From Methanobacteriota archaeon (GTDB taxonomy: Archaea; Thermoplasmatota; Thermoplasmata; UBA10834), in contig CP070748.1 in NCBI GenBank assembly GCA_020348345.1, positions 669,190 to 733,189 of the forward strand: a DNA stretch of 64,000 nt, read 5' to 3'. Made by a program: the position numbers and the translations under genes. Positions 17,956-27,885 of the stretch are shown one piece after another (the stretch's first letter is position 1; every line of letters begins with the position of its first letter). The notes under the pieces are model-generated. The model made no database searches. It was not told the DNA's origin and saw nothing but the letters and a program-made list of their open reading frames with translations.

Positions 17956-19569
17956 ATGGCTGAGAAAGTCACCCTTGCGGTTATGAACGGGCGGGTCTAC
18001 ACCGTCGACAAAGATCGTCCCTGGGCGCAGGCTATTGCTGTCGCGCACGACAAGATAGTACGCGTCGGCAATGACGAGGAGATCGAGAAGATGTGCGGGT
18101 CTGAGACCATGATCATCGATGCGGGAAATCGCCTTGTTCTGCCAGGCTTCAACGACAGCCACATTCACACTACCATGGCGTATGAGACTTTCTCGGCGCA
18201 GCTGGGGGAGGCGAAGTCGCTGGAGGAGATCGCTACGCTCCTGAGAAAACACGGCGACGCGCATCCTGAGTATCGTCTCGTAAGTGGCACGGGATGGAAG
18301 CACGAAGCGGCGTTGATTGACAAGCGATATCCTCGAAAGGAGGAGCTCGACGAGATAATCTCCGATCGCCCGCTGTTGATGGTCTCATATGACGGATGGG
18401 TCGGCCTGGGCAACAGCGTGTTCACCGAGATGGCTGTGGAAGCGTTCAGGGGAAGATCGCCCGATCTCGGAGGAATGGAGACGGACTCAAGAACGGGCGA
18501 ACCGACAGGAGTGTTTCACAATCCAGGAGATTTCGTGTTCTCGGCTGGCACCCTCTCCGATCTCATCCGACAGAACGCGCTCGACGGTCTCAGATGGGTC
18601 TTTGGCCAGCTTCCCAGACACGGCATCACCAGCATCCATGATGCCGAATCCGATCTCAAGAGCTTGGAGGCATACGAGCAGCTTAGACGCGAGGGCGGCC
18701 TTCTCGCGCGAGCATACATAGCCCTCGGCTACATGAAAACGACGACTGACGACGACCTGAAGCGGATTGCCGCCATCAAGGAGAGGCATTCCGACGAATG
18801 GATTCGTGCCGGTGTGATCAAACTGTTCATGGATGGTGTTCTCGAATCGCATACAGCAGCAATGCTGGAACCGTACGCCGACATGCCATCTGTCAGCGGC
18901 GAGGCGAAGTACTCTGCTGAGGTACTGAAGGCCATCGTTGAGAAGCTGGACAAGATGGGACTCCAGTGCATGATCCATGCCTGTGGCGATTCAGGCGTGC
19001 GGCTCGCACTCGACGCGTACGAGCACTCCGTCAAGAAGAACGGTCGAAGGGACAGCCGGCATAGAATAGAACACATAGAGATGCTGTCGCAGCAGGACGT
19101 TCCAAGGTTCAAGGAGTTGGGCGTGATAGCATCCATGCAACCTTTGCACGCAGCGCCTCTTACGGAGCGCGTCTATGTGAGCGCTGCCGGCCTAGAGAGA
19201 ATGAAGACCTCGTTCCCATGGAGGATGCTGAACGGCGCGGGCGCCATCCTCGCGTTTTCCAGCGATTGGCCGGTTGCGGACATGAACCCGCTGACAGAGA
19301 TCCAGGCCGCTGTTACCAGAGACTGGAGCGAGGAGCACCCCAGAACTGTCACATTGGAGAAGGCGATCGAGGCATATACCCTGAACGGAGCGTACGCCTC
19401 TTTCGAGGAGAACATCAAGGGTTCGATCGAGGAAGGCAAGCTCGCGGACTTCGTCATCCTTTCGGAGAACCTCTTCGCGTTGCCCCCTGAGGAGATAGGA
19501 GGTGCGAAGGTGCTGCTCACGGTTCTTGGGGGAGAGGCGGTCTTCAGAGCAGAGGAATTCGACAGCTGA
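17956..19569 (+). CDS. amidohydrolase-3 family metal-dependent hydrolase (YtcJ-like)
   Basis: GFNDSHIHT (HxH), HACGD and IEHIEM motifs. Trimmed to MAEKVTLAVMNGRVYTVD. Confidence 0.8.
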   Translation: MAEKVTLAVMNGRVYTVDKDRPWAQAIAVAHDKIVRVGNDEEIEKMCGSETMIIDAGNRLVLPGFNDSHIHTTMAYETFSAQLGEAKSLEEIATLLRKHGDAHPEYRLVSGTGWKHEAALIDKRYPRKEELDEIISDRPLLMVSYDGWVGLGNSVFTEMAVEAFRGRSPDLGGMETDSRTGEPTGVFHNPGDFVFSAGTLSDLIRQNALDGLRWVFGQLPRHGITSIHDAESDLKSLEAYEQLRREGGLLARAYIALGYMKTTTDDDLKRIAAIKERHSDEWIRAGVIKLFMDGVLESHTAAMLEPYADMPSVSGEAKYSAEVLKAIVEKLDKMGLQCMIHACGDSGVRLALDAYEHSVKKNGRRDSRHRIEHIEMLSQQDVPRFKELGVIASMQPLHAAPLTERVYVSAAGLERMKTSFPWRMLNGAGAILAFSSDWPVADMNPLTEIQAAVTRDWSEEHPRTVTLEKAIEAYTLNGAYASFEENIKGSIEEGKLADFVILSENLFALPPEEIGGAKVLLTVLGGEAVFRAEEFDS

Positions 19570-19601
19570 ACCTGCCTGGACTTGGTAATCGCGAGTCAAT
19601 G

Positions 19602-19609
19602 TTTAAGTA
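19602..19609 (+). promoter_or_regulatory. TATA-like box (TTTAAGTA) upstream of the 955-aa gene
   Basis: Position is about 60-70 nt upstream of the ATG at 19671. Confidence 0.25.
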
Positions 19610-19670
19610 TCCATAGACCGCTTTTCGCCTCCGAAGCACTGAGAGACTTCTGACGCTCAGACTGGAAGGG

Positions 19671-22538
19671 ATGTGGAACATGGCGCCGAGGAAGGGGAAG
19701 AAGGAGCCTTCTGCGCCCAAGCGGAAGCGCGACACTAGCGACGAGGAAGGATATGATGTCGTCTTGGAGCGAGCCGAAACCGCTCGCTCGCGCAAGGCGG
19801 CGATACTGCAGCTCCGCATGGGACGTACGGCGCACGTGTTGGGAATCGTCTCGGGCCTTGCATTGGCCGTGACGGCCGTCATCGCGTACCTTCTCGAGAA
19901 CTGGTCCTATCTTATTGATGCGCCTGAGTATGTGACCGTGCTGAAGTGGGTACTGCCTCTTGCGGCGGGCACACTCATAGCGGCGGTCGCGTTGGCGATG
20001 AAATGGGAACCGTACTTCGCCGACAGGACGGATCCGCACTTCCTGATGGGCATAATTGCCCTGATCGTGCCCGTCTTCTTCGTGATCCTCATCGCTCTCG
20101 ACGAAGCGGGCAAGATGGCCCTTGGAAGACCCGACTGGCTCTACCCCGCGTCCTTGCTGGGAATCAGCTTGACGCTCATATCGTTGGCGTTGACGTGGGA
20201 GGGGAGGGGAAGGAGGAAGTGCATCAGCATTGTCTCTGCAGCGTTTCCCCCGGTGCTACTCACATTTCCGATGATATTTCACTTCGACCCGATCGATCTC
20301 GCGAGCATACTCCCGATGGCGTACCTCGGTAGCGCGGTCGCGATACAGCTTAGCGGTTCGATGCTCCACATAATCTCAAGCGCCACATCCGTCCAGGAGC
20401 GGGAGGTGTTGAAGGCGAGCGACGGAAAGCTCCGGGAGCAGATAAAGGACCTTGAGCGGCGGCGAGTTGCGCTGGATTATAGGGAGGAGGCGTTCTGGGC
20501 GAAGGAGTCCGACCTCGAAGCCTATGAGAAGCGTCTGTCAGATGAGATCGAGTCCATCGATGAGCGCAAGAAGCAGGCGTTGCAGGCGGAGGTAGATCTC
20601 GAGCAGCGAGCGCAGGAGGCGAGGACCGCACGGCAGGAAGTCTCCAAGAAGGAGGCTGAGATCGAGTCCAAACTCGACATCATCCGTCTCAAACAGGGTG
20701 ATATCGATTCCCAGGCCAAGGACGTCGGCAAGCGCACAAAGAGCCTCGTGTCAAGGGAGGAGAAGATATCCGCCAGGGAGGCAGAGCTGGACAAGAGGCA
20801 GATAGAGCTGCAGTCAAAGGATCGTGAGGTGAAGAACGGCCTCGCAGACGTCGCCGATGAAAGGTCGACCCTGGAGCTCCAACGCAAAGAGCTCGACGCT
20901 CTCCAGGAGGCTCTTGCCGAGAAGGAGAAGCAGGTGTCCATGCGCGAGACGACTGCCGACCTGCGAGCGCTCGAGACTGTCGCGGCCAAGGAAGAGATCG
21001 GCAAGGCCACGGAGGAGAAACAGACAATCGGGCGGCTGCAGAATCAGCTCCTGAAGAAGCAGGAGGCCGTCGCTGAGAGGGAGATCGCCCTGCGGTCGCA
21101 GGAGGAAAGCCTGCGCAAGAGAACTCAGAAGGCTGAGAGGCTCATCGCCCGGGCGGACAAGCAGATGAATGAGCTAGTGGAGAAGGAGGCGGAGATACTA
21201 GAGCGCAAGAAACAGCTCGCCCAGCAGGAGGCGGACTTCAGATCTGCGACGTACAGCCTGGAAGCGCAGCAGGAAGAGGTAAGGCTCTCGAAAGAGGAGT
21301 CGGCCTCTATAGAGAGACAGTATGCGGATATGTCTGCATCGCTCAGGAAGAAACTCGATGAGGCGAATGCTCTGAAGGAGGATCTTGCCAAGAAGGTCTC
21401 TTCCATTGAGCGAAGGGAGCAGATAGTGAAGGATATCGAGACTCGATTGAAGGCTGAGCACGAACGTTCGAACGCAAAGGTGAGGGAGCTGATTGCGAAG
21501 GACAAGTCGCTCAAGGCGAAGGAGACCGACTTGGGCCTCAAGCATGCGGAGCTCAAATCGAGAGAGAGGCAGCTGCTGAGGAGCGTCGACGACTTCGAGA
21601 GCGCGCGGTCCGGGGCACCTGCGGATACTGAGAGCACCAAGGCGCTCGAGGTAAGAGAGAAGCGTCTTGTTGAAAAGGAAAGGGAGATGAAGTCGCGCCT
21701 GTATCAGCGCGAGAAGGAGCTTGAGCAGCGCGAGCAGGCGCTGCAGTCTCACCTCAGGAAGGATATCGAGGAGATGGAGGAGGCCGTCGAGACCGAGTAC
21801 GCTGAGGAAAAGGTCAAGACAGGCATCGAACGCCTCGACGATCTCCTGTTAGGTGGCATGCCGTTCGCGTCGAACGTCCTGTACGTTGGTCCTCCGTTCA
21901 TAGGCAAAGAAACAGCGATGTTCCTGTTCATCGCGGAGGGTCTCAAGAAGGGAGTTCCAGCTATTATAATCACAACATCGCATCCACCACAGGAGATCGA
22001 GAAGCAGATTGCCCCAATGATGCCCACGTTCAAGGAGTTCGACCAGCTCGGCCTCGTGCGCTGGATAGATGCTACGGGCGCTGAACATGAGACCGACGGG
22101 GACGGTGCCGTATCGAACGCGAGTCGTGTCGACGGGCCGGACGATTACGACGGAATATTGGAGGCTCTGGACGACACGATGGAATCCCTTCGAAGCGACG
22201 GCAATCCGTACTCCAGGATAGCGTACTTCTCGTTGTCGATGAGCGTCCCTGAGGCGGAGGACAAGCGGGCATACAAGTTCGTCCGGACGTTCGCCGGCAA
22301 GGTGAGACAGGGAAGCGCGATCGGCGTGTATGCGCTGGAGAAGGGCATGCACACGGAGCAGCAGCTCGAGTCATTGCAGCATCAGATGACCGGTGCGGTG
22401 CAGTTCAAGACCGAGAAGCAGAAGACGCTTTTGAGCGTCCAAGGCATATGCGACGCGCAGACACGCGACTGGGTGCAGTACAAACACTCTAACAAAGCCA
22501 TCATGATAGGAGCATTTTCGCTTGAGCGGATACGATAA
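19671..22538 (+). CDS. membrane-anchored coiled-coil protein with C-terminal KaiC/RecA-like domain (deviant Walker A)
   Basis: Basic N-terminus and about 6 TM helices (to about aa 235). About 450 aa of E/K/R/L/Q-rich heptad-like sequence. The C-terminal GIERLDDLLLGGMPFASNVLYVGPPFIGKETAMFLF resembles KaiC/ArlH-type ATPases but reads GKE instead of GK[ST]. Confidence 0.7.
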   Translation: MWNMAPRKGKKEPSAPKRKRDTSDEEGYDVVLERAETARSRKAAILQLRMGRTAHVLGIVSGLALAVTAVIAYLLENWSYLIDAPEYVTVLKWVLPLAAGTLIAAVALAMKWEPYFADRTDPHFLMGIIALIVPVFFVILIALDEAGKMALGRPDWLYPASLLGISLTLISLALTWEGRGRRKCISIVSAAFPPVLLTFPMIFHFDPIDLASILPMAYLGSAVAIQLSGSMLHIISSATSVQEREVLKASDGKLREQIKDLERRRVALDYREEAFWAKESDLEAYEKRLSDEIESIDERKKQALQAEVDLEQRAQEARTARQEVSKKEAEIESKLDIIRLKQGDIDSQAKDVGKRTKSLVSREEKISAREAELDKRQIELQSKDREVKNGLADVADERSTLELQRKELDALQEALAEKEKQVSMRETTADLRALETVAAKEEIGKATEEKQTIGRLQNQLLKKQEAVAEREIALRSQEESLRKRTQKAERLIARADKQMNELVEKEAEILERKKQLAQQEADFRSATYSLEAQQEEVRLSKEESASIERQYADMSASLRKKLDEANALKEDLAKKVSSIERREQIVKDIETRLKAEHERSNAKVRELIAKDKSLKAKETDLGLKHAELKSRERQLLRSVDDFESARSGAPADTESTKALEVREKRLVEKEREMKSRLYQREKELEQREQALQSHLRKDIEEMEEAVETEYAEEKVKTGIERLDDLLLGGMPFASNVLYVGPPFIGKETAMFLFIAEGLKKGVPAIIITTSHPPQEIEKQIAPMMPTFKEFDQLGLVRWIDATGAEHETDGDGAVSNASRVDGPDDYDGILEALDDTMESLRSDGNPYSRIAYFSLSMSVPEAEDKRAYKFVRTFAGKVRQGSAIGVYALEKGMHTEQQLESLQHQMTGAVQFKTEKQKTLLSVQGICDAQTRDWVQYKHSNKAIMIGAFSLERIR

Positions 22539-22561
22539 TCAATAATAGGCGACGCGATAGC

Positions 22562-22588
22562 CCGCCGTCTCGATGGACCGGACGGCGG
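22562..22588 (+). terminator. 8-bp GC hairpin between the coiled-coil gene and the beta-CASP gene
   Basis: CCGCCGTC-11 nt-GACGGCGG, 24 nt after the stop and 10 nt before the GTG start of the next gene. No T-tract. Confidence 0.25.
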
Positions 22589-22598
22589 TGCTTACTCG

Positions 22599-23576
22599 GT
22601 GGCCTATGTCATCAGCGATCTTGGGAACGGCATCATTCTGCGCGCGAACGGCCGAGCCTACAGGTTCGATCCCAGGCGAGCTGTGGCTGGTGACTTCAAC
22701 ATGGTGTCTCACGCCCATTCGGATCATCTTCCCTCTGCCGTTGGGAGCGCTTCGATCGTGTGCTCGAGTGCGACTCATGACCTTATGCGTCTCCATCGCA
22801 AGAGGATTCATAGGACCGATGAAGGCTCCATCACCATCAAGGATGCAGGCCACACACCTGGTTCATCCATGTTCATCGTCGAAGGCCATCCGAAGGTGAT
22901 GTACACTGGCGACTTCTGCACGAGAAGGAAGCGGCATATCCGCCCTGCCCTGCCGCACGAGTGCGACATCCTCGTGATGGAGAGCACCTACGGAAAACCC
23001 GAGTACGAGTTTCCAGACCACGGCGACACCATCGGCGCCATAAGGGATTGGGTGGATGCGGCCATCTGGAGCGGAGCTATTGCAGTTCTCCTCGCATATC
23101 CGCTGGGGAAGGCGCAGGAACTCTGTTTCGAGCTCAGCGATTTTCCACTGCGCATGCAGAAGGCGATCGCCGACAGGAATCGAGTGCTCGCGGCCCACGG
23201 CTACAGGCTACCAGTGGGTTGCTGCGAGGGCATGGACGGAGATAAGGAGCCATTCGTGTACGTGACATCTGGACTCGGAGCGGAGCGCGATAAGGTAGAG
23301 CGAATGCTGAGCGACGGCGCCAAGGCCGCTTCGTTCTCCGGGTGGTCCGTCAGAAGGTTCGGAGGACGTGCCGCGGGCTCCAGAACTGAGATGTTCCCCC
23401 TTTCGGACCATTGTGACTTCAACGAGCTTATGGAATTTGCGAGGCGATGCAATCCAACCAAGGTTCTGACGACTCACGGATTCGCCGCAGACTTCGCAGA
23501 ATCCGTCAGGCGCGAGCTGGGCATCGACGCCGAACCGCTCATCCGCGGGCAGGAGTCCCTCGACAGGTATCTGTAA
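22599..23576 (+). CDS. metallo-beta-lactamase / beta-CASP-like nuclease
   Basis: VSHAHSDH (HxHxDH), MESTYG and a C-terminal SDHCD motif. GTG start. Confidence 0.65.
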   Translation: MAYVISDLGNGIILRANGRAYRFDPRRAVAGDFNMVSHAHSDHLPSAVGSASIVCSSATHDLMRLHRKRIHRTDEGSITIKDAGHTPGSSMFIVEGHPKVMYTGDFCTRRKRHIRPALPHECDILVMESTYGKPEYEFPDHGDTIGAIRDWVDAAIWSGAIAVLLAYPLGKAQELCFELSDFPLRMQKAIADRNRVLAAHGYRLPVGCCEGMDGDKEPFVYVTSGLGAERDKVERMLSDGAKAASFSGWSVRRFGGRAAGSRTEMFPLSDHCDFNELMEFARRCNPTKVLTTHGFAADFAESVRRELGIDAEPLIRGQESLDRYL

Positions 23577-23581
23577 CCGCT

Positions 23582-24556
23582 CTATCCTCTGCCGCTGGTC
23601 CAGCCCTTCTCGTAAGTTCCAGCAGGCATGAAGACTCTGGTCGTCTTCGCGGCCAGACCTTCGGATCTCGACATCATCTCACTGGAACTCATGAGAGCCT
23701 TTCCCAGGCCCACGCCCTCGCCGCTCATCGTCATCATGACGATCGTGTCGTCCCTCGCAATCGAATCATCCAGCGAAACTATTCCGGGCGTTGCGAGGTC
23801 CGCACCATGACAGATGGCGTCTACTGCGGAGTCTTTGATCTCCACGTTGTGCATGTGCTCGAACAGAACCTCCATCGGGTTGAGCATGTCCTTCAGTCCG
23901 GTGCTATCGCCCTGAGCGTGCTCCTCCAGCGCGTCCTTGAGGTCGTGGAGCGTTACTGCCCGCTCCTCGCCTATGACGCCGGCTCTGACTCGTCTGAGAT
24001 CCTGCAGGTGCGCTCCAACGCCAAGAGCATCACCCACATCGACGCAGAGGCTGCGGATGTAGGTTCCAGCCTCGCAATCCACTCTGAAGAGCACGTTCCT
24101 GCCGGAGGTTTCAATCATAGCGAGCGAGTGAATTCTCCTCGTCCTCGGAGCGCGTTTGACCGCAGATCTGACCGGAGGCGTCTGGATTATCTCTCCGACA
24201 AACTCCTCGAACAGCTCCTTCACGCGCTTCTCATCGAAGTTGCCGTGGATTTTCATCACGCCTACGTATTCCTTGGTGCCATGATGCATCGAGTCCATCG
24301 CACGGACAGCTACACCGACGCCCACGGGCAACACACCGGTCGCTCGAGGGTCGAGCGTTCCCCCGTGAGCCGCCTTTGACGCGCCGAGCATCTCTCTCAC
24401 CCAGCTTGTTACCTGATGCGATGTCGGCCCCATCGGCTTGTCGATGACAACGACACCGTTTCTGAGAAGCTCCTCTACGCCTCGGGCGCTAGGTCCTCTC
24501 GCACTGCCTGGCCTGGGGACGTGCCGATCGTCGGCCTTTCTGAGCCTAATCTGCAT
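23582..24556 (-). CDS. cbf5: H/ACA RNP pseudouridine synthase Cbf5 (TruB plus PUA)
   Basis: VVVIDKPMGPTSHQV and GGTLDPRATGVLPV. Trimmed to ATG at 24556, which has GGAGGT immediately upstream and lies 5 nt after the cmk stop. Confidence 0.9.
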   Translation of the reverse strand: MQIRLRKADDRHVPRPGSARGPSARGVEELLRNGVVVIDKPMGPTSHQVTSWVREMLGASKAAHGGTLDPRATGVLPVGVGVAVRAMDSMHHGTKEYVGVMKIHGNFDEKRVKELFEEFVGEIIQTPPVRSAVKRAPRTRRIHSLAMIETSGRNVLFRVDCEAGTYIRSLCVDVGDALGVGAHLQDLRRVRAGVIGEERAVTLHDLKDALEEHAQGDSTGLKDMLNPMEVLFEHMHNVEIKDSAVDAICHGADLATPGIVSLDDSIARDDTIVMMTMSGEGVGLGKALMSSSEMMSRSEGLAAKTTRVFMPAGTYEKGWTSGRG

Positions 24557-25085
24557 ACCTCCGCTCGGCCTCGGCGATGATCGCGTTCGCGACGTCCTCC
24601 GGCGATTTGCTGGAGGAATCGATCCAAAGGTCGTAGATGGTCCTGTTCGATGGGTCGATGCCGTAATACGCAAAATAGCGTTTTCTCTCGGACCGCTCGC
24701 GCCTTCTCATGTTTCTGAGCACCACATCGACGGGCTTCTTCTCTCGTTTCGCAATCCTCAGGCTGCGTACCTCCTCGGAGGCGTCCACATGCACTGCAAG
24801 CGCTTCTATCCCGTTCCTCTTGAGGAGCGCGCCGGTCAGCCTGCCCTCGATTACAATGTCGTCTTTCGACTTCGCGACGGCGACCATTCTGTCGTCCAGT
24901 TCACGGTCTATCGTCTCGTCCTCCTCGGCGAAGCTGCTGAACGCAGCGAGGTCCATCTTCCTCTCGACTGCCATCTGTCTGAACAACTGGCCTACAAGGA
25001 CGAGTTCGAAACCCATCCGACTCGCTACTATCTCTCCAACCGTCGTCTTTCCGCTTCCAGGTGGTCCTGAGATAGCTATTCTCAT
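24546..25085 (-). CDS. cmk: archaeal cytidylate kinase
   Basis: MRIAISGPPGSGKTT P-loop, size and position after secY. Confidence 0.9.
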   Translation of the reverse strand: MRIAISGPPGSGKTTVGEIVASRMGFELVLVGQLFRQMAVERKMDLAAFSSFAEEDETIDRELDDRMVAVAKSKDDIVIEGRLTGALLKRNGIEALAVHVDASEEVRSLRIAKREKKPVDVVLRNMRRRERSERKRYFAYYGIDPSNRTIYDLWIDSSSKSPEDVANAIIAEAERRYAD

Positions 25086-25098
25086 GGGAGTTGCCCCA

Positions 25099-25794
25099 CT
25101 ATTCTTTGAGGAGCCCGTCCGGCTGTCTGTATTCGAGCTCGCGCAGCTTCCTTCTGAAGCTGAAATACTTCAGCACCCTTTGCAGTATCTGGCCGAACGG
25201 CAGGGTCACCAGCGAGTACAGCAGGATCCAATTGGGCAGGATGTTCGAATTCCTCATGTTGGCGTTGAACTCCCACGGGACTGAAAAGGCGGTGGACGAC
25301 AATTCGATGTAGACGAAATTCGCGAGCCATGCGAATATCGGTATGATGACTATCATGGTGATGGGCATCACCTTGAACTGCGCCTGCGTCGACTTCAACT
25401 GCTGCGCCGTCATCTGCGGCTGAAGTTCGGTCAGTTTCTTCAGCTTGAAGGTGTTGTTGCTGGACCTCGCCTCCCTCATTTCCTTCTGGAAGGCGGAGAA
25501 GATGCGCTGGTTTCTGGCCATGGATATCCAGTCGATGAACAAGTGGCGAAGGGTTACGCTGAAGAATGTCATGATCAGTCCGGTGCAAGCGAGGGTGAAT
25601 ACTGGATACTCCCCACCGAAGCCGACGAGGGGCATGAGCGCGACGCCGACGATCTTCCCCAGGCCCTGCCGGATATCGTTGTTCAGAAGGACGAACAGCG
25701 CCACCATGAAGGCCATCAGCATGATGAGCTGGTTGCCCATATCTGGCTTGGCGGGCTTTCCACCAGCACCTCCTGCAGCGCCAGCGCCGCTCAT
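25099..25794 (-). CDS. DUF106/EMC3-like membrane protein (archaeal YidC/Oxa1-like insertase candidate)
   Basis: Three TM helices with a charged coiled segment. It occupies the conserved slot between secY and cmk. Confidence 0.55.
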   Translation of the reverse strand: MSGAGAAGGAGGKPAKPDMGNQLIMLMAFMVALFVLLNNDIRQGLGKIVGVALMPLVGFGGEYPVFTLACTGLIMTFFSVTLRHLFIDWISMARNQRIFSAFQKEMREARSSNNTFKLKKLTELQPQMTAQQLKSTQAQFKVMPITMIVIIPIFAWLANFVYIELSSTAFSVPWEFNANMRNSNILPNWILLYSLVTLPFGQILQRVLKYFSFRRKLRELEYRQPDGLLKE

Positions 25795-25798
25795 CCGA

Positions 25799-27385
25799 TC
25801 ATTCTCCTCCGAAGAAGCCTCTCAGAACGGGATGCATCTCCATCATCTGCTCCCTGCCGATAGCATCGTACAACTGAATCAAGATGCCTACGGCTAGCAG
25901 CACCCCTGTACCTGAGGCATTGCCTACAGTTCCTATCAGATCCGCGCCCGCAGCTAGCGCTCCGACCACCGCTCCCGATATTATCGTTACCACTGGGATG
26001 TACCTTTCGAGCACTCGTTTAAGCACCCTCGGATCACGTCTGAAGCCCGGTATCTGCATGCCGCTAGACTCGATCTGCGACGCGACCGCTTCAGGCCCCA
26101 TATTTGTCGTTTCGATCCAGAACTTGGCGAATAGGATGGATCCGATGATCATGACGGTCACGTAGACGATGACGTGGATGCCAATCTGAAGCCGCGTTTT
26201 GACGTCGCCTATCCCTGAAATGTACGAACCTAAGTAATCGTTGCTTAACATGGGCAGCAGCCAATCGCCAACGCCGTTGACGGTTGAAAGATAATAGGCC
26301 AGCCCTCCGGCTGCGACGGTGTTTCCTTCCGCATAATATCCTAACATCCAGTTCTCGCCCAGGATGGGCATGTTCATGAACGATGGGTGGCTCGCGAAGA
26401 GCATCGAGAACATGCTGACGTTGGCCAGCAACGCAGCCATCAGTATGACCGGGATGTTGGATGCGTAGATCAGCTTAATCGGATATCTGCCTCTCGCCCC
26501 TCTCGCTCCGCCATGCGCGAGCGGCAGCTCAATCCTGCTGGATTCCGTGTACGCGACGAATAGGAAGATGACTATCGTCCCTATCAGCGCCACCATAGGA
26601 TTAGGTTGCGCTAAGAATATCTGTTCGTATCCTCCGTTGGACAGCTCCGGCGCGGACATGTGGTGGAAGATGTAGATGGTCTTCGGTATCGTGCCCGCCG
26701 GCGGATTGGATATGCTCATCGCAGCGGTCGGATTCGCAGGATGCCAATTGAGCGACCCCGTGAATATCTGCTGCGACACGCCCGCCGCTATGAACAGCGA
26801 TATGCCGCTGCCGATGCCCCATTTCGAGACGACTTCGTCCATGAGGAAAACGAGATACGATCCGGCGAACAGCTGCACGACTATGAACGTCCGTGCGAGG
26901 CTTAGGCCTGCGCCGGCCCAGAGCGATTCGGATATGTCTATGAACTTCGCCGATGGCTCCATGAAGCCGTAGACCTGCGGCGCGGACTCCACGACTATCA
27001 TAACGAGCACGAGCAGCTTCTGCGTGCCCTGGTAGATCGCCTTATCCTCCGGGTTCTTGAGGTCGAGCTTGATTATCTTCGCGCCCGTGAACAGCTGCAT
27101 GATGATGGAGCCTGTGACGATCGGGCCAATGCCCAAGTGCATCAGCGAGAACTGGGCGCCTGCAAGGATGGCTCTGTACTGCGCGAAGAGGTCGACGCCC
27201 TGCTCTGAGTCGAGGCCGTATATCACGACGTTTGTCATCGCGAAATACAGCAGAAGAATCAGGATGACCCATGACATCTTGGTCCTGAAGTGCACGTGCC
27301 CTTCGGGCTTCGTGACCGCTGGTAGGCGGTCCGTCACGGGCTTGAGCTTGTAAAGAAAGCTCTTCTTGTCTTCCCCCTCGGCCAT
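25799..27385 (-). CDS. secY: preprotein translocase subunit SecY
   Basis: Ten-TM SecY sequence following rpl15. Confidence 0.95.
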   Translation of the reverse strand: MAEGEDKKSFLYKLKPVTDRLPAVTKPEGHVHFRTKMSWVILILLLYFAMTNVVIYGLDSEQGVDLFAQYRAILAGAQFSLMHLGIGPIVTGSIIMQLFTGAKIIKLDLKNPEDKAIYQGTQKLLVLVMIVVESAPQVYGFMEPSAKFIDISESLWAGAGLSLARTFIVVQLFAGSYLVFLMDEVVSKWGIGSGISLFIAAGVSQQIFTGSLNWHPANPTAAMSISNPPAGTIPKTIYIFHHMSAPELSNGGYEQIFLAQPNPMVALIGTIVIFLFVAYTESSRIELPLAHGGARGARGRYPIKLIYASNIPVILMAALLANVSMFSMLFASHPSFMNMPILGENWMLGYYAEGNTVAAGGLAYYLSTVNGVGDWLLPMLSNDYLGSYISGIGDVKTRLQIGIHVIVYVTVMIIGSILFAKFWIETTNMGPEAVASQIESSGMQIPGFRRDPRVLKRVLERYIPVVTIISGAVVGALAAGADLIGTVGNASGTGVLLAVGILIQLYDAIGREQMMEMHPVLRGFFGGE

Positions 27386-27459
27386 CAGATACCCTTCCTA
27401 TCGTCCGGTCCTCGTTCGCCTCTCCTCACACATCCCAGCAGTTCCATGCGGACGTCCCA

Positions 27460-27885
27460 TCACGCCTCGAGCAGCTTGCCACCAGCGTCTTCCAGCTTCT
27501 CCTTCGCCCTGGCTGACGCCTCCGGCACACGGACAGACACAGGGGTGCCAATCCTGCCGGAGCCAAGCAGCTTGTCGATTCCCAGCTTGGTGAGGTCGAC
27601 CGTCCACTGTCCATCCTTCTCCGTCGCCATCCCCTCCTCCGCCAGCCCTGGAAGGGACTGCTCGAGGTCGGAGAGATTCATCGTGATCTTGTCTGCCACG
27701 ACGGACTGTGGCCTCTTGAAGCCGTGGCGGCCAAAATGTCCGGGGGAGTACTTAACCGTAGCCATCCATTTGTGCTTGTGCAGGCCAGCGTTGCCCCTGC
27801 CACCTCTGAGGCCTGCGCCTCTTCCAGCCTTCTTGCCGCGGCCGTGGGTTCTGCCTCCCCTGTGTTTGCTGGTTCTACTGACCAT
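27460..27885 (-). CDS. rpl15: 50S ribosomal protein L15 (uL15)
   Basis: HRGGRTHGRGKKAGRGAGLRGGRGNAG; operon order. Confidence 0.95.
   Translation of the reverse strand: MVSRTSKHRGGRTHGRGKKAGRGAGLRGGRGNAGLHKHKWMATVKYSPGHFGRHGFKRPQSVVADKITMNLSDLEQSLPGLAEEGMATEKDGQWTVDLTKLGIDKLLGSGRIGTPVSVRVPEASARAKEKLEDAGGKLLEA

Noticed and set aside
20350-21752. Several 90-185-aa ORFs on both strands inside the coiled-coil region
   Set aside because: They are by-products of the repetitive GAG/AAG/CTC-rich coding sequence of the 955-aa gene. None has independent start signals or motifs.
23447-24379. 310-aa plus-strand ORF antisense to cbf5
   Set aside because: cbf5 is unambiguous on the minus strand. The antisense product is Arg/His/Ser-rich with no motif.
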